Source: Anolis carolinensis
Lineage: Eukaryota
NCBI RefSeq assembly: GCF_035594765.1
Contig: NC_085844.1
Coordinates: 209,886,107-209,950,106 of the forward strand
DNA: 64,000 bases
Direction: 5' to 3'
The notes beneath the pieces were generated by a model. That model made no database searches. It saw only the letters and a list, made by a program, of their open reading frames with translations, and was not told the DNA's origin. Positions 58,001 through 64,000 of this stretch are shown piece after piece; positions within the stretch are counted from its first letter, which is position 1, and each line of letters begins with the position of its first letter. The position numbers and the translations under genes are program-made.

Positions 58001-60144
58001 AGCAAGAGAAAGCAAAGAGGCAGCATACACAAACTTTTGCCCTTTCTCCTCCATCTACTGCTTTCCAGAAGAAAAAAAGCATTTAATGACTAGATACATA
58101 TCAATAATAATCTATACCTTAATTCCGGAAACCCAAAGAGCCAGTGAAGTGACAAATAATTTAGAAACTTACCAATAATGTCCTCATAGAGGTTGTCCTC
58201 TGACTGTGTGCAATAGAGGCGGATATTTGTGGTGCCATTCAATTCCTCATGGAGTTTTTGGTACTCCATGGCTGCTAGTCGGTTTCGGTAACCTTGAATG
58301 TCCTCAAACTCAAATGACTTTCTGCAAACAAATCAATCTCGTAAGCCTCACGTGCAACAACGCAGCACAGCCTATCTATCTCCTATCTTCTGTTAAGGCT
58401 TTACTGCACTAAATAGAACTAATTGAAAGGTTAAATTTATGTCTGTGCACAAAAATGTTTTTTATACATTTTAACAAAGGTAATATTTATTATACACCAT
58501 TTCAGAAAGTTCAACTTTCATTGACCAGGTGTATAATAACAAAACAAAGCAGGAGGGGCTATTTTTATTTAGAATCTCTCAGAGCCATTCACGTTCACTA
58601 AAGGAATGAATAAACAGCAGTTATTGGTTCTATATCATCATTTTCAATCCTGGAGTTCTCCATATGACCAGGCTGTCTGAGTATGATAGAAGTTACTGTC
58701 CAACACATCTGGAAAGAACCAGATTAAAAAAGACTGTTCTACACCATGAATAGATACATGTGGAGGAAAGATATGAAAATCTCAATTTCCAAAAGCCATA
58801 ATCCAATGGAGAAGTAGACACACTTATGGTAAGTACCTCTGCTCAGAATTAGCTCTAGCTACTCACATCATGTGTTTTGTATTAGGAACAGCTGGAAAAC
58901 AACGTCTGTGGCTTAAACTTTTTTTTTGCTTTCCCTTTCATTGCAAATACAATAAAAACATTCATGCTACCCAGTTATATGTTTATGTAAGATTAAATGT
59001 GGTTTCCAACTAAAAATTTATAAATCTCCATACAAGAAAGTCAAAGACGATAACAGTCTTTGGTAAATATTGGCTCTGCACCTGGAAGTTGGCCCAAAAT
59101 ATTCACTTGCTGCATAACCTACCCCTTGCCAATATGGGAAATATATGTCTCAAGAGGGGAACATCTTTTAATATTGGTGAGGTTTTTTTTTGTCATAACT
59201 GCATTTTGACTGCTCTTAATGAAACAACAAAACCAATGACATTTGAAAAAAAGGCTATGTTCTTGCACTGTTTCTGCCATTTGGATATTTATAGAAGAGA
59301 TAAAATTAGTGCTTGATCAGTATTGGTGAAAAAGGTCTATATCATCAATTTAATAAATAAACGTAAATGAAAATAAACGGATAACTCACCTCTTGGATCT
59401 GCCTCGGATTCCTCGGCTGGCCACTTTCTGCTCTGGGTCATGGGAAGTTGCTCGAGAGCAACTGCCATTACAATGAGGTTCAGGGGGTTTCCTCTCAATG
59501 TGGCCTACATTAGAGCAGTTCAGATGGTCCTTCTCAGAATGATAACGGAAAGTCCTTCGTGGTTTGGGTACCGGATTGATGCCTGGAGGGTGCTCCTCGT
59601 GGCCCTCAACATCACAGTAGATGTTCTCCGAGCTCTTTGTTGGAGGTACCGTCAGGACCTTCTCTGTTGAGCCACAGCTTTCCCAACTCCCTTTCAAATC
59701 CAAAGCTACAGATGGAAAAGTTTCTAAGTGTTTCCAAAGGTCCCGTGAGGTATAGAAGTTTCCTGGTGGCAACGTTTCCCCTTGCCAGTTCGGACTGGCC
59801 TCTTCTTCACACAAAATGCCATTGAGGAGCTGCCCAACCCTGGGGTTCTCTGAAGCCTCTTGGAGTCTCTCATCGTCTTCCTCTGTCACAGAGCAGAGCA
59901 AAGAATTTTCCCGGAAATCTAAGCCGAGACTCTGAACATTTGCTCGTCCTATTGGCTTCCTTCTGCTGTCCTGGCCATACTTGACCCCAAAGTCCTTGGG
60001 TTTCTGCCTCTCCTCCTGGCAGTCCCCTGTTGTCCGCCCCTCCCACTGAGAGATCTTTTGCTTTATGTTCCGACAGTGGCTGCGAGAGAGAGTTTGCACA
60101 GCAGAACGTGAAAAAGTGGTGTCTATACTCCCCATGGGGTGCAT
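25054..60144 (-). CDS. DENND2C: DENN domain-containing protein 2C (Rab GEF), 18 coding exons, about 914 aa
   Basis: The exons listed individually sum to 2745 nt with GT-AG introns and consistent phases. N-terminus [18 protein letters not shown], uDENN-DENN-dDENN region ([53 protein letters not shown]) and C-terminus [10 protein letters not shown] match recalled DENND2C. Confidence 0.95.
25225..25478 (+). mobile_element. L2/SINE-type tail with (TAA)n interrupted by a mini Penelope pLTR fragment (about 25318-25431)
   Basis: (TAA)n at about 25269-25317 and 25432-25478 flank an inverted ttgtcgaaggctttcat plus a direct hammerhead-bearing pLTR end. Confidence 0.8.
26723..26809 (-). CDS. DENND2C: DENND2C coding exon 17
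   Basis: [28 protein letters not shown], 87 nt. Confidence 0.93.
27518..27765 (+). mobile_element. Sauria-type SINE, 5'-truncated
   Basis: cttctgccaacctagcagttcgaaaacatgcaaatgtgagtag body with (ACCTTT)n tail. Confidence 0.85.
27840..28079 (-). CDS. DENND2C: DENND2C coding exon 16
   Basis: [25 protein letters not shown]...[20 protein letters not shown], 240 nt. Confidence 0.95.
28165..28264 (+). mobile_element. CR1 LINE 3' end
   Basis: ggggttggactagatggccc...ccaactct followed by the (ATTCTATG)n tail. Confidence 0.8.
29047..29152 (-). CDS. DENND2C: DENND2C coding exon 15
   Basis: [35 protein letters not shown], 106 nt. Confidence 0.93.
29574..29884 (-). mobile_element. R4/Dong-clade 3' fragment inserted in the (TAA)n tail of a SINE
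   Basis: Near-identical to 4580-4938 with an internal deletion of about 45-50 bp. Flanked by (TTA)n at 29561-29573 and 29885-29937. SINE/L2-type tail at about 29475-29560. Confidence 0.88.
30505..30562. repeat. (CT)n microsatellite
   Basis: Seen directly. Confidence 0.9.
32012..33766 (+). mobile_element. L1-clade LINE, 5'-truncated ORF2 C-terminus, 3' UTR and poly(A)
   Basis: 15-bp TSD AGTAATGAGAAATAG (31997-32011 / 33767-33781). [16 protein letters not shown] and GGWGAPNL motifs, plus the CWHGC...H.WW zinc knuckle in ORF 32559-33572. G-rich 3' UTR, AATAAA and A-tail. Confidence 0.9.
33900..34015 (-). mobile_element. CR1 fragment (degraded)
   Basis: tcagccttttcttctgcaggctaaacatgc...tccagacccttgatcattttagttgccct is the reverse complement of the CR1 segment at about 47700-47810. 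Confidence 0.6.
34181..34222 (-). CDS. DENND2C: DENND2C coding exon 14
   Basis: [14 protein letters not shown], 42 nt. Confidence 0.92.
34934..35111 (-). CDS. DENND2C: DENND2C coding exon 13
   Basis: [59 protein letters not shown], 178 nt. Confidence 0.95.
35269..35518. mobile_element. Tigger/pogo-like MITE
   Basis: TA-flanked TIRs cagggcagtccccgaggtac / gtaccttggggactgcctg. Confidence 0.65.
35758..35798 (-). ncRNA. Minimal type I hammerhead ribozyme motif (Penelope pLTR), sense to DENND2C
   Basis: The minus strand reads cct-CTGAGGA-tgcctgc(catagat)gtgggc-GAAAC-GTC-agg. Confidence 0.7.
36658..38183 (+). CDS. Penelope RT/GIY-YIG endonuclease ORF (N-terminally truncated, frame intact)
   Basis: About 508 uninterrupted codons with RT and GIY-YIG motifs. 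It lacks a native start. Confidence 0.75.
38301..38341 (+). ncRNA. Minimal type I hammerhead ribozyme motif (Penelope pLTR)
   Basis: cct-CTGAGGA-tgcctgc(catagat)gtgggc-GAAAC-GTC-agg: CUGANGA/GAAA core, stem II, palindromic ACGT minimal stem III and GUC cleavage triplet. Confidence 0.7.
38418..38566 (-). CDS. DENND2C: DENND2C coding exon 12
   Basis: [49 protein letters not shown], 149 nt. Confidence 0.95.
38763..39111 (-). mobile_element. Sauria-type SINE, full length
   Basis: tRNA-like head and (ACCTTT)n tail. 13-bp TSD CCATTATTGCTTA (38750-38762 / 39112-39124). Confidence 0.9.
39489..39629 (-). CDS. DENND2C: DENND2C coding exon 11
   Basis: [47 protein letters not shown], 141 nt. Confidence 0.95.
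40684..40885 (-). mobile_element. Old tRNA/CORE-type (MIR-like) SINE
   Basis: gtgaggtag...ggctga...ggcccaaggtcac...gggatttgaa core pattern. Confidence 0.6.
41668..41802. mobile_element. Short hAT MITE
   Basis: TIRs cagtggttcacaacctt / aaggttgggaaccactg. Perfect 8-bp TSD ATCTAGAA. Confidence 0.9.
42035..42112 (-). CDS. DENND2C: DENND2C coding exon 10
   Basis: [26 protein letters not shown], 78 nt. Confidence 0.95.
42417..42486 (-). CDS. DENND2C: DENND2C coding exon 9
   Basis: [23 protein letters not shown], 70 nt. Confidence 0.95.
43164..43273 (-). CDS. DENND2C: DENND2C coding exon 8
   Basis: [36 protein letters not shown], 110 nt. Confidence 0.95.
43320..43540 (-). mobile_element. 5S rRNA-derived SINE (SINE3-type), degraded
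   Basis: gtctcgcatccaagtactaatcag...cctgcttagctcc is the reverse complement of the 5S internal control region. Second copy at about 55872-56073. Confidence 0.7.
44395..44580 (+). mobile_element. Old tRNA-derived SINE with RTE-type tail
   Basis: ctggagaccagaggtcggattcc B-box-like motif, ctcagcctcagaggaaggcaa core and cttgaaggcacaa tail. Confidence 0.55.
44755..45421 (+). mobile_element. L2 LINE 3' fragment with (GTT)n(TTA)n tail
   Basis: [20 protein letters not shown]...[15 protein letters not shown], then ccctgagtccc tail and microsatellite. Confidence 0.88.
45540..45718 (-). mobile_element. Non-autonomous Helitron (179 bp)
   Basis: On the minus strand: host A | TC...GCCACAGCAACGTGTGGC hairpin...CTAG | host T, with no TSD. 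Confidence 0.8.
45998..46468 (-). mobile_element. tRNA-derived SINE with L2-type tail (long form)
   Basis: Head ggctgtggcgcag...gagttcgaggccagc. Tail gatccgccctgagtccccttcggggtgagaagg + (TAAA)n. Confidence 0.85.
46726..47037 (-). mobile_element. Sauria-type SINE
   Basis: Same family as 38763-39111. Confidence 0.85.
47201..47388 (-). CDS. DENND2C: DENND2C coding exon 7
   Basis: [62 protein letters not shown], 188 nt. Confidence 0.95.
47655..48134 (+). mobile_element. CR1 LINE 3' fragment
   Basis: [45 protein letters not shown], and (ATTCTATG)n tail. Confidence 0.9.
49673..49717 (-). CDS. DENND2C: DENND2C coding exon 6
   Basis: [14 protein letters not shown], 45 nt, with cag/gtaagt boundaries. 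Confidence 0.88.
50367..50463 (-). CDS. DENND2C: DENND2C coding exon 5
   Basis: [32 protein letters not shown], 97 nt. Confidence 0.93.
50839..51145. mobile_element. Tc1/mariner MITE nested in an older Tigger-like MITE (about 50819-51412)
   Basis: TIR cagtagagtctcacttatccaac with TA TSD. The flanks continue the family seen at 7321-7809. Confidence 0.85.
53932..54242. mobile_element. Tigger4/Zombi-like (pogo) MITE
   Basis: TIR caggttgagtatcccttatcc / ggataagcaatgctcaacct with TA TSD. The sequence resembles recalled mammalian Tigger4/MER46. Confidence 0.8.
54486..54906. mobile_element. Tc1/mariner (Tc2/pogo-like) MITE
   Basis: TIRs ccatgtttccccgaaaataagaca / tgtcttattttaggggaaacaggg with TA TSD. 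Internal ctaggtcttatttt repeats. Confidence 0.85.
55083..55253 (-). CDS. DENND2C: DENND2C coding exon 4
   Basis: [57 protein letters not shown], 171 nt. Confidence 0.93.
55872..56073 (-). mobile_element. 5S-derived SINE, degraded
   Basis: Homologous to 43320-43540. Confidence 0.6.
56242..56556 (+). mobile_element. Short 5'-truncated L1-type retrotransposon 3' end
   Basis: 15-bp TSD AACATTTCCCATTTC (56227-56241 / 56557-56571). Pyrimidine-rich 3' UTR, AATAAA and A-tail. Confidence 0.7.
57409..57515 (-). CDS. DENND2C: DENND2C coding exon 3
   Basis: [35 protein letters not shown], 107 nt. Confidence 0.92.
58173..58321 (-). CDS. DENND2C: DENND2C coding exon 2
   Basis: [15 protein letters not shown]...[11 protein letters not shown], 149 nt. 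Confidence 0.92.
59390..60144 (-). CDS. DENND2C: DENND2C first coding exon (the exon extends to an acceptor at about 60285, including 5' UTR)
   Basis: [40 protein letters not shown]...[11 protein letters not shown]. gtgagt donor at 59389 and tttcctgcag acceptor at 60286. Confidence 0.9.
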
Positions 60145-60744
60145 GGCAGGCAGTTCAGCTACATTTACTCCAGCATGCTGCCTCCCAACTGGCTATCAGA
60201 GATTTGTAATCCCAAGAATCAAGGCTTCATTGATCTGAGTAATCCAAACTTTCTACTGGAAGGTGAAGCATAACCAGATGCCACTCTGCAGGAAAAGCCA
60301 AAGACAGAAAGAACATCCATCAGAAGGGAGGAAGAAAACAGTTATGTTCAGCACCAACATTTGCAAAATCTGTTAACCTTTAAGAAGTCACAAGTCTCAT
60401 TCTACCCTCACTCCCTAAAGTTAATTTAAGTGCATTTCCACATGTTATATAGCATTAACGACAGTTTACAACTCAAAATTCATCTTACAGACAACTGCGG
60501 CCAACTTCAGTGTCTGATAAGTAAATCAGTATACTACATGCAAACATCCTTCTCCCACATTTTATTTTTGGCTAACACACAAAAAATGCCAAAAATGTGA
60601 ATGGTCCCTAAAGACACCTTTCTTCTCTCAAAGCTAGGAAACAAAAAGGAGTCTAAAACTTTCCAACTTGTGCAGAAGATTGGCATTTTATGATTCATGT
60701 ACTTCTGTTTCCCTAAATCCTGATGAAACTTGGTGTAGAAGCAC

Positions 60745-60975
60745 AGAATCGTAAGGTTGGAGGAGACCACATGGACCATTCAGTCCAATCCCCTACAATG
60801 CAGGAATACACAACCAGAGCATTCCTGACAGATGCCCATTCAACCCCTGCTTTAAAATCTTCCAGCAAAGGACACTCCACTATAGTTCAAAGCAACATAT
60901 GGTATCCCACTGTCAAACAGCTCTTACTGTCAGGATGTTTTTCTTAATGTTCAAGAGGAATATCTTTTCCTGTTC
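60745..60975 (-). mobile_element. CR1 3' fragment (degraded)
   Basis: ggttggaggagacc...cagtccaatccc...cagatgccc...cagctcttactgtcaggatgtttttcttaatgttc is the reverse complement of a CR1 end. Confidence 0.65.
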
Positions 60976-61314
60976 AAGATGGGCAGCCCCTACTTAGCTA
61001 TACCTAAAGAAATAGTGTACCCACTCTATCTTTTATAGGTAAGTGGATTTGCTGTGGGAAGAAAAAAGGTGATTGAAAACATAGGAAGGTAACAAATGGG
61101 GAAGGACCATATCTAGACCTCACATAAAATTCTGCAAATGAGGCAGGGTAACCTCATCATAAAAGATATGCCTGAATTCAGTCCTATCCATTTTACTTAA
61201 GCACCAAGCACCCATCTTTTGTCACTTTTTAACACAAACAATGTTTAATACTGCAACACAAGGAAAGTAGCAAAGCGATTCTTATAGGGAATCAGTACAT
61301 AAAGCCCATTATGT

Positions 61315-61540
61315 GCCGGGCTGTGGCGCAGGCTGGTGAGTAGCCAGCTGCAACAAATCACTCTGACGAAGAGGTCATGAGTTCGAGGCCAGCTCAGAGC
61401 CTGCATTTGTCTCTGTCTCTGTTCTATGTTATGGCATTGAATGTTTGCCTTATATGTGTGCAATGTGATCCGCCCTGAGTCCCCTTCGGGGTGAGAAGGG
61501 TGGAATATAAATACTGTAAATAAATAAATAAATAAATAAT
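61315..61540 (+). mobile_element. tRNA-derived SINE with L2-type tail (short form)
   Basis: A-box tggcgcaggctgg, B-box gagttcgaggcc, and tail gatccgccctgagtccccttcggggtgagaagg + (TAAA)n. Confidence 0.85.
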
Positions 61541-64000
61541 TCTCTTCACTGGACCTTGTTGTCTCTTTTAATATAAGCCAGGGGGGAAAATCATCATGCA
61601 AGGAAATTTTCATTGGCACAAAAACTACTTTAATAAGTGACAGCCCATATCAAAGGGGTCTTAAACCTAAGGATAACAGAAAAGCAAGTCAAGAGAAGCC
61701 TGAGTGTAATTTCAACAGATACTTTTCAATATATCACATGCTCCCACAAAGAAAGCTACACAGATTCATAATGCTGACCAACTATTCTCAACCTGGCATC
61801 ATCCACATGAGTTAACCCAGAAATCCAAAGGGGATGATAGATAACATAATTCAAAACATTGTGAGGCTGTTAAGTCAGGTTGCCCATTGATCACTCTAAC
61901 ACTACAAATATCCATGGAAGAATCTTTTACTTTTCATTTGTAAGGATTTTCTGAAATACAGAAACTTTTGAGTATCAACATTCAGCCTTCCCACCCTTCT
62001 TATTTCTAGAAGAAGATGTAAATGGGATGATGAACACAAGGTAAAGAAATCCAGAGATATCAGGAGCACAGGATTAACAGAAAGCATGACAAGAGAGAGC
62101 TGGCTGATAGTGAGTGTGCACAGTGTAAACAACTGGTGAGCTTGAACCGCAAAACCCAACTGATTAGAAAGTGGATTAGAATGTTAGATTGTGTGAGACA
62201 CACCACCACTCTCATGGTCTCCTCAACCTCTTAAAGAAAGGATTAGCACAGAAGCACTGGTTGCCAATGTTGCCTTCCTTTCACAAACAGGAAACAGGGT
62301 GAGACCATGATGCAACCCACCACCCACAGAGACAGCAGGCAGAGGTGGCAGTGGTGAGGCTTGAACCCAACAGGTTGGTTTGCAGATTTCTGTTCACCCC
62401 ACACCCTGCATGATGACAGAGCAGTGTAATATTTTCCCACCCTCTGCACAGCTGGACATAAGTGTCTTTCCAGGTCTAGAGTTGCTTCAACATTCAATAC
62501 TGCGCAACAACATATTCCGAAGTTGGTGGAATTTGTTACAGGACACCCACCAACACCAACGCCTTTGCTGTTGCCCCTGAGGGCGGCCTCAGAGTCAGTA
62601 CTAGGAACAGCTGCTAATGCCAAAAAACCCACAACAGGGAGATTTTCCTGTCACCATAAAGTAAGACAGGTGCATTTGGGAGTCACCCTCTTCCACAACA
62701 CTTCTGCACAGCCTAGATTAGCAAAAGCAAAAGCATGGACACTCCTCACAGTAACTGGCTGGCATCAAGTGATTATGGAGCAGCTGTTAAGATCACTGGA
62801 AGAGAAGGAGGGGAAGGCTACTTAGGGCAGTGGGGGGGGGGGGGGAGAGAACTATGAATAAAACAGTCATCAAGTGGGAGCACAGCTGAATATCCCCAAG
62901 GCTCATCACTCCACATAGCAGCAATTTTGACTTTCTGCTCCAGACTTTACGTAGAGTTCCTGGCCATTTTCTTACAACTGCGTCATTTATCTTGTCCATC
63001 ACCTCATCCCCTTTCAGAATCAGACTCTGCCTCAGACTCACGTGGCTTATCAGTCAAATTTCCACATCAAGGAAAGTGGGAGTAGACATTGTAAAAGCCT
63101 ATTGTTTCCCTCTAATAAAATACTCCCTGCAAGCTGTCATCAAGGAGAGGTTTAGCATATAACCTTTCCCCTGATGAAACAGATTTGTTATCTTGAAAGT
63201 TTTTAGTTCTATGTCCTTGAGTTTAAAGTGGCCATAGAAAAAGGAGGAAGAAACTATCATGCAAGTTAACTGCTATGTTTCATCTATTAGTAACACCCTT
63301 CATCTTTTCTCCTTTCCAAAGGATGGACTTCCAAGATGACATCAGAAATCTAGAGCAATTTCTTACATCAACTTGCAAAACGTTCTGCCATGCCACTGTC
63401 AGATAGAACTAGAACTTATAAAAAAATTTGGTGATACATCCCCAGAATCCCAATTGTCATGTTACTTAGGACATTCTACAATTTTCTTAAAATTTTCTGG
63501 ATAGAACAAAAGATGGAGAGTCATAACTTGGATGACACTGAAAACAAAACTCCAGTATCTAAGAAGTATAGAACTAAACTCACTTGAAAAATGGGAAATA
63601 TTTAAGTATCAAATGTGACTGCTGAATTATAATCAGAACCACAGAACCAAGTAAGAAAATGATGATTCAGTACTAAAATGCTTCATTAAAGAAGTATGTA
63701 GCCTACGCGAGTTGGCCAACAAGCAGTTATGAGCTGTCTCTTCTCCATTTCAGTTGTCGAAATAAAGAAGTTATTTTTGTAACAAAACCATTACCCTCCC
63801 CGCCCCCCGCCTTGATTTCTTTTAATTTTGGTGGCCAATTTTCAGGAAAAAGATTGGATCCCAAATGGTCATTAAGACCTCAAAACTGCCAAAATGCCTT
63901 AATCCCAGAGTGTACCCCAAATAACTACCCCCCCCCCCAAAGAGGCTCACTGATGCAGCTTGACGGATCAGTATGGCAGGCAAAATGCAAACCAATGCTA

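Overview
Vertebrate genomic DNA, very likely a squamate reptile (Anolis-like lizard). The inference rests on Sauria-type SINEs together with L2, CR1, R4-Dong, RTE, L1 and Penelope retroelements. The window holds two complete, spliced protein-coding genes on the minus strand, which I reconstructed exon by exon with GT-AG junctions and consistent phases. BCAS2/SPF27 has 7 coding exons (11729-19300, 678 nt, 225 aa). DENND2C has 18 coding exons (25054-60144, 2745 nt, about 914 aa). Their order matches my recollection of the human locus. The rest is dense with transposable elements. Four things stand out. (1) A 1174-bp solo LTR (10288-11461, TSD TAAAT) carries an intact 137-aa acidic ORF in its U3-like region. 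The ORF contains DLFAEPTDEDSFEGF, which matches the TND-interacting / LEDGF-IBD-binding motif of CDCA7L/JPO2 in spacing. The LTR sits at the predicted BCAS2 cleavage site. (2) A 1.9-kb hAT element (8-bp TSD) is filled with a GC-rich 200-bp array of alternating inverted arms, between the DENND2C poly(A) signal and the BCAS2 promoter. (3) A young Penelope element with 944-bp inverted arms and hammerhead ribozymes is inserted about 22 nt from a DENND2C splice donor. (4) R4/Dong elements repeatedly sit in (TAA)n tails left by L2/SINE elements. All family assignments come from motif recognition and recall, not database searches.
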